This document shows positions 5,492 through 14,494 of a stretch of DNA of 54,109 nt, piece by piece (within the stretch, counting starts at the first letter, position 1; each line of letters opens with the position of its first letter). The notes beneath the pieces are model-generated. The model was not told where the DNA came from, ran no database searches, and worked only from the letters and a program-made list of their open reading frames with translations. The stretch spans positions 1 to 54,109 of IMG/VR virus record IMGVR_UViG_3300027808_000037. The stretch is one strand, 5' to 3'. Source of the stretch: a virus. Lineage: Duplodnaviria > Caudoviricetes. Both the position numbers and the translations under genes were made by a program.

Positions 5492-5959
5492 ATGCCATGG
5501 ATTGAAAACGTAGCAGCCGCAGACATCCCAACCCGCTTTCATCACGAAGCTGGCCCAAACAGTATGCTAATCAGTATTGTTGATCCAGCCAGCTGGAGGC
5601 CAGAAGCGGCCCATGAATTCAAAGAGCGCCATAACTTTGAGTTCCTAGACATTGAAAAGAACGACTTTGCGCTAGACGAAGCAATGCGTTGCAGCCAAGA
5701 ACAAGCAGACGAACTGGTCCGCCTGTTGCAACATGCATTGGCGAACAAAATGAATGTTGTCGTTCATTGCTTTGCAGGCATTTGCCGTTCAGGTGCAGTG
5801 TGTGAAGTTGGTGTAATGATGGGATTTGAAGACACAGGTCGATTCCGTAGCCCTAACTTGTTGGTTAAGCATCGCATGATGAAGGCCCTGGGCTGGACTT
5901 ATGATGAAAACGAAAAGCCCAATATTGATGACTGGCGCACCTTTAAAAGTGTTGACTAA
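5492..5959 (+). CDS. Cys-based (tyrosine/dual-specificity) phosphatase family protein
   Basis: HCFAGICRS = HCx5R P-loop; AGGAG RBS. Confidence 0.85.
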   Translation: MPWIENVAAADIPTRFHHEAGPNSMLISIVDPASWRPEAAHEFKERHNFEFLDIEKNDFALDEAMRCSQEQADELVRLLQHALANKMNVVVHCFAGICRSGAVCEVGVMMGFEDTGRFRSPNLLVKHRMMKALGWTYDENEKPNIDDWRTFKSVD

Positions 5960-5960
5960 G

Positions 5961-6016
5961 TGTTGTAAAAATACAACAATAAAACGGTTGCTCAACTTGG
6001 AATTTTGTGTTATACT
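5961..6016 (+). promoter_or_regulatory. Early promoter with palindromic box
   Basis: TGTTGTA-AAAA-TACAACA, then AAAACGG-TTGCTC-N17-TATACT. Confidence 0.7.
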
Positions 6017-6044
6017 ACATGTATTAAACAACGAAAGGCATTAT

Positions 6045-6218
6045 ATGGCTGGCAAAGCAAAATCAATTTATTTGACAATCACAGTAAAAGGACAGTTCAA
6101 AACTGTTTTTAGCAGAGTCTTTTTTGATGCTAAGGCATATAACGAATATGTTAAGTCAGACGAGTTTAAAGCCCAATGGCCCGTTGAAGAATTTGATGTT
6201 ATCAAGGAAGTATATTAA
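6045..6218 (+). CDS. Small hypothetical protein
   Basis: AAAGG RBS; ORF directly downstream of a promoter. Confidence 0.7.
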   Translation: MAGKAKSIYLTITVKGQFKTVFSRVFFDAKAYNEYVKSDEFKAQWPVEEFDVIKEVY

Positions 6219-6225
6219 GGAATAA

Positions 6226-6453
6226 ATGTATAAGGTAATAGGAAAAGAAGAACTATTTCGAGTTCTTACTCTTGCAGAAGCAATGAATGTTGCCAAGAGT
6301 ATGAATGAATTCGTTACTATCAAAGGACCCGACTTTGAAGTATGCGGAATGTTTGGAGTAGATAGCATTAAGGACGGATTATGCCCCGACGGTGTTAAAT
6401 ACGATTGGAACAAGGCCAGTAGAATTGGTCGTGTTAAAAAGGAGCGAGTATGA
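6226..6453 (+). CDS. Hypothetical protein
   Basis: AAGGA RBS; its TGA stop overlaps the next ATG (ATGA). Confidence 0.75.
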   Translation: MYKVIGKEELFRVLTLAEAMNVAKSMNEFVTIKGPDFEVCGMFGVDSIKDGLCPDGVKYDWNKASRIGRVKKERV

Positions 6454-7118
6454 AACGTGTAATTGAAGTCCGTGCCGCAGAAGGTGGCGAAGACAGTAAA
6501 CTATTTGCAAAAGATCTTGCACAAGCCTACATTAAATTTGCCCACAGCAAAGGCTGAGCTACCCGCCTAATAGGTGAGTATCTTGGTGAACTTCATATTG
6601 AAGTAAAGGGTACTGATTTATCAGGCTTGTATAATGAAAGCGGTGGACACAGAATACAACGTGTTCCGCCAACAGAGCGTAAAGGTAGAGTTCATACCAG
6701 CACCGTAACAGTTGCTATTACAGACCCAACTGAAGTTGCCATAAAGGTTGCAGACAGTGATTTACGTATCGAATGGTATAGTGGTACTGGAGCTGGCGGC
6801 CAGCACCGAAACAAGCACCAAAACAGTTGCCGTATTACTCACATACCCTCTGGCACAGTTGCAACAGCACAATGTCGCAGTCGTCAAAATAGCCTTGATC
6901 AAGCCATGGGTACTATTCACAAAACGGTTGACAAACAGGTTCAAAACCAGTATAATAACGGCATAGCAAGTGATAGAAAGCAACAAGTTGGATCGGGTAT
7001 GCGAGGAGACAAAATCCGTACATACCGTTTCCAAGATGATGTTGTTAAGGATCACGTAACAAATAAATCAAACAGCGTTAAACGAGTGCTAAGTGGCAAT
7101 TTTGACCTGCTGTGGTAA
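6450..7118 (+). CDS. prfA: RF1-like class I peptide chain release factor lacking domain 1, with an in-frame UGA at codon 36 (6555-6557)
   Basis: EVRAAEGGEDSKLFA, ESGGHRIQRVPPTE (PxT motif), GAGGQ and IRTY motifs all in one frame; AAGGAG RBS. Confidence 0.85.
6928..6956 (+). promoter_or_regulatory. Sigma70-type promoter internal to the release factor gene
   Basis: AAAACGG-TTGACA-N17-TATAAT, same form as the other early promoters. Confidence 0.8.
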
Positions 7119-7130
7119 TAAGGAATTGAA

Positions 7131-7679
7131 ATGAAAACATGGATCACAAGCGACTTGCACTTTGGGCACAAGAACATTATGAGCTTCTGCCCCGAGACGC
7201 GAGCACGTTTTAATAACGATGTTGCTTACATGAACAACGCAATGGCAGAGGAATGGAACGCCAAAGTGCAACCAGAAGACACAGTTTACATCTTGGGTGA
7301 TGTGGCGTTCATGTCGGGCAGTGTTGCTGGTAGAACAATTGCCCGTTTGAATGGCACCAAGATTTTGATCGAAGGCAATCACGATCGCAAGACATTACAG
7401 GATGCAACATTCCGTAGAGCTTTTGCAGAGGTACACAAGTATTTGGACATCACATATGACGGCCACAAGTGCGTTATGTTTCATTATCCAATTGCCGAGT
7501 GGGATCAAATGCATCGTGGAGCATTGCACTTTCATGGTCACTTGCACGGAGGTGTAAGCGGCTTGGAAAAGTACCGTGCATTGGACGTGGGTATGGACTC
7601 AACCGGTGAAATTGTAGTTTCTATGGAACGTGCAATTAATTTGATCAAGGACAACGAAATTAAAGGTCATCATGTTTAA
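7131..7679 (+). CDS. Calcineurin-like metallophosphoesterase
   Basis: SDLH, LGD, GNHD, HYP and HGHLH motifs. Confidence 0.9.
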   Translation: MKTWITSDLHFGHKNIMSFCPETRARFNNDVAYMNNAMAEEWNAKVQPEDTVYILGDVAFMSGSVAGRTIARLNGTKILIEGNHDRKTLQDATFRRAFAEVHKYLDITYDGHKCVMFHYPIAEWDQMHRGALHFHGHLHGGVSGLEKYRALDVGMDSTGEIVVSMERAINLIKDNEIKGHHV

Positions 7680-8577
7680 GGACAAGTTGAAAGAGTATGT
7701 AGAATCGTCTAAGCTGGTTGGCATGCGCGAAGCCGGTGAAGGCATCTATGTACTCAAATATAAGAAGCGTGTGTTTTACGACAACCTGTGGAACGAATAT
7801 ATTGCTGAATGTCGTGGAAGTATTGTGGATGCAGATTTCAACCTAGTTGCTTATCCATTCACAAAAATCTACAACTATGGCATTGAAAATGAAGCACCTG
7901 TATTGGCAGACGATACTGAAGTTACCGCGTTCCGTAAAATCAACGGCTTTATGGTTGCAATGACTTGGTACAACGGCGATATCCTGGTGTCTACTACAGG
8001 TTCAACTGACAGCCCATACGTTGCTATGGCAAAGGAAATGATGTTGACTCATCAAAGCTGGGCCGACTGGCAGTTGGCATTCAATCGCGCAGACATGGAC
8101 GGGATGACGTTTATGTTTGAATGTGTACATCCCAACGATCCACATATTGTGCCTGAAAAGCCAGGTATGTATATCTTGGGTTATCGTGAAAACACTTGGT
8201 GTAGCCGTGTAGGTCATGATCCTGCTGTACTACAAGATTTAGCAAATGCATTTAACTGCTATGAGACAGAAAGCTATACCACTAATATGGTTCGCTTGAA
8301 AGAAATGGCAAAGGAATGTAAGCATGAAGGTTTTGTATTCTATACTGAAGATGGTGTAAGTGCTAAAATCAAGAGTCCATACTACTTGACTTCAAAGTGG
8401 GTTGCTCGTAATCCACGTACAGACAAGTTGGTGAACATGCAAGCAGACATCAAGCATCAACTAGACGAAGAATACTACCCTCTAGTGGATGCTATTCGTG
8501 CTAACATTGTCGAGTACACTGCTATGGACGAGCAAGCTCGTTTAGCTTGGGTGCGCAACTACATGGAGACAGTATGA
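7672..8577 (+). CDS. T4 Rnl1-type RNA ligase
   Basis: ECRG, PFTKIYN, KINGFM (motif I), EGFV (motif IV), KIKS (motif V). Confidence 0.85.
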   Translation: MFKDKLKEYVESSKLVGMREAGEGIYVLKYKKRVFYDNLWNEYIAECRGSIVDADFNLVAYPFTKIYNYGIENEAPVLADDTEVTAFRKINGFMVAMTWYNGDILVSTTGSTDSPYVAMAKEMMLTHQSWADWQLAFNRADMDGMTFMFECVHPNDPHIVPEKPGMYILGYRENTWCSRVGHDPAVLQDLANAFNCYETESYTTNMVRLKEMAKECKHEGFVFYTEDGVSAKIKSPYYLTSKWVARNPRTDKLVNMQADIKHQLDEEYYPLVDAIRANIVEYTAMDEQARLAWVRNYMETV

Positions 8578-8735
8578 AAGAAGAAAAGTTTCAAAAGATA
8601 GTAGAAGAGATTAGTGAGTTTCTTGGAGACCATATGCAGAAGAATCCTCACTACTTGTTCGACGAGGACATTATCAAAATCTTTTCTCACTATAAAAAGA
8701 AGCACATTAAACGAGCATTAGAGGAAATACGATGA
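8574..8735 (+). CDS. Small hypothetical protein
   Basis: ATGA overlaps at both ends. Confidence 0.6.
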   Translation: MKEEKFQKIVEEISEFLGDHMQKNPHYLFDEDIIKIFSHYKKKHIKRALEEIR

Positions 8736-9040
8736 AACAACTTACTTGCCCACATTGTGCAGACACTTATCCAGATTTTGATGTTGCTCACGTCTGTAGT
8801 AAAGGTCAGTATGCCCCCAAACTCAACCCTAAAATGAATGATGAAAGTCACCTACCTGTAGCAGAACAAAGTCTGGTGTTCCGTTTGCGTAAACGAGCAG
8901 AGATCCGTAGGCAAATCAGTTCACGTAAAAGTGTAGAAGAAGGTAAACCAGACCGTATTGCTGACTTGTTAGAAGAAGCCGCTGCCGAAATTGATCGGCT
9001 TAATTTGTCCGTTAAAGATGTTTCAGTTGACAGCAAGTGA
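8732..9040 (+). CDS. Hypothetical protein with an N-terminal CxxC
   Basis: GAGG RBS, translationally coupled. Confidence 0.65.
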   Translation: MKQLTCPHCADTYPDFDVAHVCSKGQYAPKLNPKMNDESHLPVAEQSLVFRLRKRAEIRRQISSRKSVEEGKPDRIADLLEEAAAEIDRLNLSVKDVSVDSK

Positions 9041-9055
9041 TAACTATGTTATAAT
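9027..9055 (+). promoter_or_regulatory. Sigma70-type promoter
   Basis: TTGACA-N17-TATAAT upstream of tRNA-Ser. Confidence 0.8.
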
Positions 9056-9075
9056 AACTGCATAGCAAGAAATTA

Positions 9076-9167
9076 GGAACGGTGGCTGAGTGGCCGAAGG
9101 CAGCAGGTTGCTAACCTGTCGAGTGTTTTATTATGCTCCGTGAGTTCGAATCTCACCCGTTCCGCCA
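9076..9167 (+). tRNA. tRNA-Ser(GCT), second copy
   Basis: Loop TT-GCT-AA, long V arm, GCCA end. Confidence 0.93.
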
Positions 9168-9193
9168 AGTTAATTAACCAAAGAAAGAAAAGT

Positions 9194-9355
9194 ATGAAGC
9201 CAGGTAAGACATTTAAGTTGAGTAAGCAGACAAAGCGTTTGATGTGCAGCATTGTAGATGCCAAAGAACGTAATGCATTTAAAAGTGCAATGATCCAAGC
9301 AGAGTTGGCTGCTGGTGTAGTTATTAAACGCGAGCCACGTGAAGCTCGTAAGTAA
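9194..9355 (+). CDS. Small basic hypothetical protein between two tRNAs
   Basis: 53-aa ORF MKPGKTFKLSKQ... Confidence 0.6.
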   Translation: MKPGKTFKLSKQTKRLMCSIVDAKERNAFKSAMIQAELAAGVVIKREPREARK

Positions 9356-9367
9356 TCGCCAAATTCT

Positions 9368-9442
9368 CTGGCGTTAGTATAATGGATAATACAGCAAGCT
9401 TCTACCTTGCGAATGTGGGTTCGATTCCTGCACGCCGGACCA
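9368..9442 (+). tRNA. tRNA-Arg(TCT)
   Basis: Loop CT-TCT-AC, ACCA end. Confidence 0.92.
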
Positions 9443-9449
9443 TATAAAG

Positions 9450-9479
9450 AAAATAGGACCCAATGGGTCCTATTTTTTT
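9450..9479. terminator. Bidirectional intrinsic terminator
   Basis: AAAATAGGACCC-AAT-GGGTCCTATTTTTTT between convergent units. Confidence 0.85.
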
Positions 9480-9497
9480 GGCTGTACGAAGCTTAAA

Positions 9498-9812
9498 TTA
9501 TGCTTCGAGTACTTCAACTACATAATCATTTGTGATGTTATGTGTTGTGTTGTATGCATCACGCTCGGCTACAACAGAAGCTAAACTTGCATCTGCTACA
9601 AATTCATCAAGGGCGTCAACGCTAGCGAATACATATTCAACAACTTGTGTCAATGCACCAACTGCTGGTACAGTTCTAGTCACTGAAAGTAATTTGCCAG
9701 TGACTACATAAGCTGCATCGATTGCAGATTTTGTGCCGGCTGCGGCTGCCCAAAATGACACTTCAGTGTCTGGACGGGTAAAGGTGCGAGTTAATTTAAC
9801 TGGGTTTGTCAT
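9498..9812 (-). CDS. Hypothetical protein
   Basis: GGAG RBS; 104-aa ORF ending at a terminator. Confidence 0.75.
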   Translation of the reverse strand: MTNPVKLTRTFTRPDTEVSFWAAAAGTKSAIDAAYVVTGKLLSVTRTVPAVGALTQVVEYVFASVDALDEFVADASLASVVAERDAYNTTHNITNDYVVEVLEA

Positions 9813-9904
9813 TTGAATGGACTCCGTATTTTCATGAACGCTTCATGCGTTGTCTAAAAGTATTTATCATTTACTTAGTGTTAGGCTATTCGTTCAGCAA
9901 CTTA

Positions 9905-10699
9905 TTAGTAATTTATGATGCTGTCTGCATTGATGTATTTACTCAATTCTGCTGTTGGCCGCCCCGTTATACGGATTTGGCGCCGCCTGCTGGTAGTTAA
10001 CGGCACGCCATGATAAAAGAAGTCGTTAAACAAATAAACAGGGTAGTTAATAGCCTTATATGAATCACCTAGCTCGCTGGTGTCACTATAGAACATTGGC
10101 ACGCCACCATCGCTTAGATTAATAGTTATTTGTACAAATCCCTGTTTCCACAAATAATTGTCAATCATGCGCTGAACTCCTAGACTACGTTGGCTACTAG
10201 GTAAGAAATTGCTATTATCCCTGTGAATTATTGCGAAGGTATCTTCTCGTAAACTAACACAGCGTACACCAATAATTGTAGTTAACGGAAGAGCTTTAAT
10301 GTATTTGGTTATCATTAAATCCTCGTACTGCGGAAAGAACTTGAATTCACCGTGACGATCAAGTACATAGTTACGAATCGAAACACTACCGTTTTTGCTA
10401 TTTTCAGAAAGCTCGGGCTCGGTTGAATCTAAATAAACCAATGAAGCCCCTTTCCAACTTGGGTAACCGTTGTCAATTGGTTCTCCGGTGCGGCTTCGTA
10501 CGTCAGCTTTTACGTACTTGTCTGGGTCAACCATGTTCCATTTTAAATTGGCATTGATAGTATTGAATAACACATCTTGTCCATTGCGGACATTGTTGCT
10601 TGCCGTCAGAATACAACGATCATACTCGTTTATAAATGCATCTTGATCATAATCCAAGTTAATTAACTCGGCTGCGACCATTGAATCAAACTCCATCAT
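9905..10699 (-). CDS. 2OG-Fe(II) oxygenase-like protein
   Basis: IHRD ... YHGV ... RRQIRI. Confidence 0.55.
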   Translation of the reverse strand: MMEFDSMVAAELINLDYDQDAFINEYDRCILTASNNVRNGQDVLFNTINANLKWNMVDPDKYVKADVRSRTGEPIDNGYPSWKGASLVYLDSTEPELSENSKNGSVSIRNYVLDRHGEFKFFPQYEDLMITKYIKALPLTTIIGVRCVSLREDTFAIIHRDNSNFLPSSQRSLGVQRMIDNYLWKQGFVQITINLSDGGVPMFYSDTSELGDSYKAINYPVYLFNDFFYHGVPLTTSRRRQIRITGRPTAELSKYINADSIINY

Positions 10700-11625
10700 A
10701 TTGTTTCTCCCCTAAGATTTCGTATCATTGTTTCATATTCAACTGCATGTTCTGCAAGATGAAAAGGAAATCGTTCAAACAGTTTGTTTCTACTGGCAGA
10801 GTCGGCCAATGCTAATTTTTCAAATCCAGTGTACTTCTTTCTGTTCAATAAATCAGATTCTGGATAATGAGTTTGATAGATCAAATGTTTAATGTCTGCA
10901 TTATTTGCCAAGTCTTCACCTGCTGGTGCATTAGCTTGTATCATGTCTAATGCAATCGGGTCAGTTAAGTATGCAAGCATTTGGTCGGGTGTATATTGAT
11001 GAAATCCAGCAGCACCTTTGACTCCGGAAAACACCCAGTACTTGTACCAAGAACAAATCATTTCGCGTTCACGAAACCACCACTTGCCAAACTGTCTATA
11101 CAGGTAAGGCTCGCCTTGACCAAGAACTACGTAACCTGGTATTTGTTTCGCACCCCACATTGTGCAAGCAAGTTGCCCGCTTCTTGTTTGGCTAATTGAA
11201 GTGATGGTTTCAAACTCGTCACTTTCAAAAAATGCATTAGGGTCAAGTTTGATTTCCAACTTGGGAATGTTATATGCTCGACACAATGCGTCAGCAAATA
11301 CAGATTCGTGTTCATTGGCCTTGTTTTTATATTTTAAAATGGCAGCAGTAAATGGAACGCCAGCGTCCAAGAAAGCACGGGCCGCAACTTCACTATCAGC
11401 ACCACCGCTTAACAGCAAATACACATCAAGCCCGTGACGTTGTGCTTCAGCTTGAATTTTTAGTGCAGCCCTACGATTGGCTTCTTTGACAGTTAATGTT
11501 GTATCTTCTGCAACACCATAATCGCATACCCAAGTTTGATATCTGCTGGTTCGCGGAACATACCATGTGTTGTCGTATCCGAATTTAAAATGATTTTTAT
11601 GGGTGTAATCTACAGTGGGATTCAT
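10696..11625 (-). CDS. N-type ATP pyrophosphatase / asparagine-synthetase-like protein
   Basis: LSGGADSE PP-loop. Confidence 0.7.
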   Translation of the reverse strand: MNPTVDYTHKNHFKFGYDNTWYVPRTSRYQTWVCDYGVAEDTTLTVKEANRRAALKIQAEAQRHGLDVYLLLSGGADSEVAARAFLDAGVPFTAAILKYKNKANEHESVFADALCRAYNIPKLEIKLDPNAFFESDEFETITSISQTRSGQLACTMWGAKQIPGYVVLGQGEPYLYRQFGKWWFREREMICSWYKYWVFSGVKGAAGFHQYTPDQMLAYLTDPIALDMIQANAPAGEDLANNADIKHLIYQTHYPESDLLNRKKYTGFEKLALADSASRNKLFERFPFHLAEHAVEYETMIRNLRGETI

Positions 11626-11678
11626 AATAAGTATAGTTATAGCGATATTTATGATTCAACTATTCGCAGGAAAGCTCA

Positions 11679-12554
11679 ATGAAAAAGTTCTTTATTAAAG
11701 ATTGCCCCGCAGACATTACAGTTAGTCGCTGGCTCAAAAATAACTCAGACTGGGAAAGTTTGATGCAGACGGTCAAACCAAAGACTGTACTTGATGAAGT
11801 TATATGTTTGCGTGTAGCAGACTTTGATCCAGTTGCAATCAGCAACAGCATCACCGAAGCACTGGGCATTTATGGTGACCATGGTTGGAAGTCAAGCGAA
11901 GGTGAGGACGCAGGCTACACTGGATTTAGCTTGGTATATAACCCAGATCACCAAGATGGTTTAGACCCGCATAGCTCTACATTAGGTACACCTAAGAATT
12001 CTAATAGCCAATTCTTTTGGAATTCTAAGCAACAGCACTCGCAATTGAAAAACAGTTACTTTGATGGTTATGGCTTTAATACGCCAACACCAGCGAGTCA
12101 GCATGGCGAGTTTGGTAAGTTCATGGAGCGATGCAAGCGCACACGAGTCAGAAGCAGACTAAGCATTTTAAATGGCCGAGACTTTGAATTAACTCGTGGC
12201 TGGCACAAAGATGAAATGATTTTTGAAAACATCAGGATTAATATTCCAATTACAACAACACCACAGTACATGTTTCAAATTGAAAATCATGAGCCCACTC
12301 ATTTAAAAATTGGCTGGGCATACTCGTGGGATACATACATTCCGCATAGAGTGTTTTGTGAAAACGTAGTAGACGATAGTCGACGTATTCATGCAGTGCT
12401 TGGATTTAGTCCTTGGTGGGATTACAATGCAGAAGAACAATGCTGGACTCAGAATGAATTCTATGGAAGCAAGCACCCATTTGATATGTTAGTAGATGGC
12501 GACATATTTGAAGGACTTGAACTTGACACAAATTTAAAGGTATACAATGATTGA
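11679..12554 (+). CDS. Asp/Asn beta-hydroxylase-like 2OG-Fe(II) oxygenase
   Basis: WHKD, RINIPI, PHRV, RIHAV. Confidence 0.7.
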   Translation: MKKFFIKDCPADITVSRWLKNNSDWESLMQTVKPKTVLDEVICLRVADFDPVAISNSITEALGIYGDHGWKSSEGEDAGYTGFSLVYNPDHQDGLDPHSSTLGTPKNSNSQFFWNSKQQHSQLKNSYFDGYGFNTPTPASQHGEFGKFMERCKRTRVRSRLSILNGRDFELTRGWHKDEMIFENIRINIPITTTPQYMFQIENHEPTHLKIGWAYSWDTYIPHRVFCENVVDDSRRIHAVLGFSPWWDYNAEEQCWTQNEFYGSKHPFDMLVDGDIFEGLELDTNLKVYND

Positions 12555-13356
12555 TTTTAACAAATTTTACACAGCATGGTTTTATAACAACGAGATGAAT
12601 TTAATTCCCGTTGCCAACATTACTCGCGAACTTGCAACCACGGCTGGATTTACAGTAAAGTTTAATTTTGAAGATGTGCCCGACTTGCCATTAGCAGAGT
12701 TGGCCACAGTTCTGTTACAGCAGTTACCGCAGAACTTTGTTTTTGTACGCCCGGGTATGCGATTAACAAGTGATGCCCTGGAAGCACTTTGCACACAGAT
12801 TGGCCGCACTGACATTGTGTTTGTCACCCCCGATGCAGACATTGATGCCGACTGGTTTGAAATGGCAAAAGAAAAGTACTTTTTCAATAGCCAATTTACT
12901 GCACACGAGTTATACACAGTAGAACGATTGTCTAGAGAAGGAATTAAAAGTGGCCTTGTTGGTGCTATTCCGTCTTTTCAAGATTGTAGCATTGTAGTTA
13001 AATCCCCAACGACCTTTCACGCTGCTGGTCCACAGTGGCAAGCATTATTGCCATATTCTGATATTCCAGCAAGTTTAATGTACAACGATTGTGAAAACTT
13101 TTTAGTTCCAAACTTTTGCTTACTGTTAGTTGGTGCGTTTGTTAAGCAACTTAACTTTAAACAAAATGATATCTTATTAAGAGCATTGACTATTAATCGC
13201 ATGGGGCCAATGACATTGGCTATTTCTCTAATGCCGACCAAATCACACAATCTTGAACTTATTGGGTATACACTAAACTATCCATTTTACAAAGGACTTA
13301 TTGCTAGAGAATATGCAAATACACTAATGCCAGTGGAGAGTCTTGATGTTAATTAA
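12547..13356 (+). CDS. Hypothetical protein
   Basis: 269-aa ORF coupled to its neighbours. Confidence 0.7.
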   Translation: MIDFNKFYTAWFYNNEMNLIPVANITRELATTAGFTVKFNFEDVPDLPLAELATVLLQQLPQNFVFVRPGMRLTSDALEALCTQIGRTDIVFVTPDADIDADWFEMAKEKYFFNSQFTAHELYTVERLSREGIKSGLVGAIPSFQDCSIVVKSPTTFHAAGPQWQALLPYSDIPASLMYNDCENFLVPNFCLLLVGAFVKQLNFKQNDILLRALTINRMGPMTLAISLMPTKSHNLELIGYTLNYPFYKGLIAREYANTLMPVESLDVN

Positions 13357-13783
13357 GGAAAGTTCATACGCCGAATGCCTGCCATTGATGCAGGAACTGT
13401 GGCCCGACAAAGAGCCAGTGCCACCAATTGACAATACACTGGGCAAGATTAAATTCTGGGGCTCAGATTATCAACAGATGAAGCCACGATACATTATTGC
13501 GCTTGATGATGAAGGAACTCCATTTGGATGCACACATGCATACAAGACTGCACCTGATGAATTGCGAATCAGAGGAACTTACTGCAAGCCTGACAATCGT
13601 TATTCGGGTGTGGCCAGTGCAATGGTAAATCAAGCAATTGCGTTATTTCCTGAGTGCAAGCTAATTTACACATTCCCACGCACTGGTGTCGAAGGCTTTT
13701 ATGCAAAGTTAGGATTTACAATTTCAGAACATCGCTGGCCAGGCATTTACAAGGGAGTATCTTATGCTTCCAAACAATTATAA
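13343..13783 (+). CDS. GNAT-family acetyltransferase
   Basis: KPDNRYSGVASAMV (motif A) and FYAKLGF (motif B). Confidence 0.75.
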   Translation: MMLIKESSYAECLPLMQELWPDKEPVPPIDNTLGKIKFWGSDYQQMKPRYIIALDDEGTPFGCTHAYKTAPDELRIRGTYCKPDNRYSGVASAMVNQAIALFPECKLIYTFPRTGVEGFYAKLGFTISEHRWPGIYKGVSYASKQL

Positions 13784-13795
13784 CAAGGAAACATT

Positions 13796-14494
13796 ATGGC
13801 AATGACACGTTGGGACTACTCTAAAAACTTGAGTAACTATCATTTTGACAGTACTATTAACGAAGACAACAATCCGCACTATCGAGTAATTGGTAGAGTT
13901 GAAGGTGATTTGGCTGCATTATATGAAGCACAATTGCAAGTGTATAAGCCAGAAGCCAATGGCTTTTTAAACAGATTACAAGTACAAAACAACCAAGTCG
14001 ATCCTCCATTTACAATGGAATATGATCGTGCTGAATTAGAATACTTAAACTTAGATCCAAACCATACCTTCTTTTATAATTTACGCCGCACTGGCAATGA
14101 TGGTATTCAGAAAATAATTGATTCGTTTAAATTTAAGAAAGCAGGTGCCAGCTTTCACATTCAAAAGCCTGGCGGCCTATTTCCTTGCCACGTTGATGAA
14201 CTCCCTGGTACTAAGGGGAATGATCCCAACAGTTGGCTAGACCAAGACCCACAGTGGGCTGCACGTTTTGAAATTCAAGTATTTGATTGGCAACCAGGCC
14301 ATGTGTGGGCAGTAGGAAATTCATACTGGAAGCAATGGCGTGCCGGCGATATTGTTTGGCATAATTGGCGTGACACTCCGCATGGTACTTGTAATATTGG
14401 GCGCAGTGACCGCGTGACCCTTCAAGTTACTGGATTGTGCTCCGAAGAGACAATTGAAATTATTAATAACGCCAACCACATTTTCCAACTATGA
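13796..14494 (+). CDS. 2OG-Fe(II) oxygenase-like protein
   Basis: PCHVD ... PHGTCN ... RVTLQVTG. Confidence 0.65.
   Translation: MAMTRWDYSKNLSNYHFDSTINEDNNPHYRVIGRVEGDLAALYEAQLQVYKPEANGFLNRLQVQNNQVDPPFTMEYDRAELEYLNLDPNHTFFYNLRRTGNDGIQKIIDSFKFKKAGASFHIQKPGGLFPCHVDELPGTKGNDPNSWLDQDPQWAARFEIQVFDWQPGHVWAVGNSYWKQWRAGDIVWHNWRDTPHGTCNIGRSDRVTLQVTGLCSEETIEIINNANHIFQL

Noticed and set aside
6555-6557. Selenocysteine at the RF UGA
   Set aside because: The aligned residue is Trp, not Cys; the Sec-like tRNA at 4678 has anticodon TGA (Ser), not TCA; no sel genes seen
6540-6560. prfB-type +1 frameshift
   Set aside because: No CTT-TGA slippery site, and homology continues in the same frame
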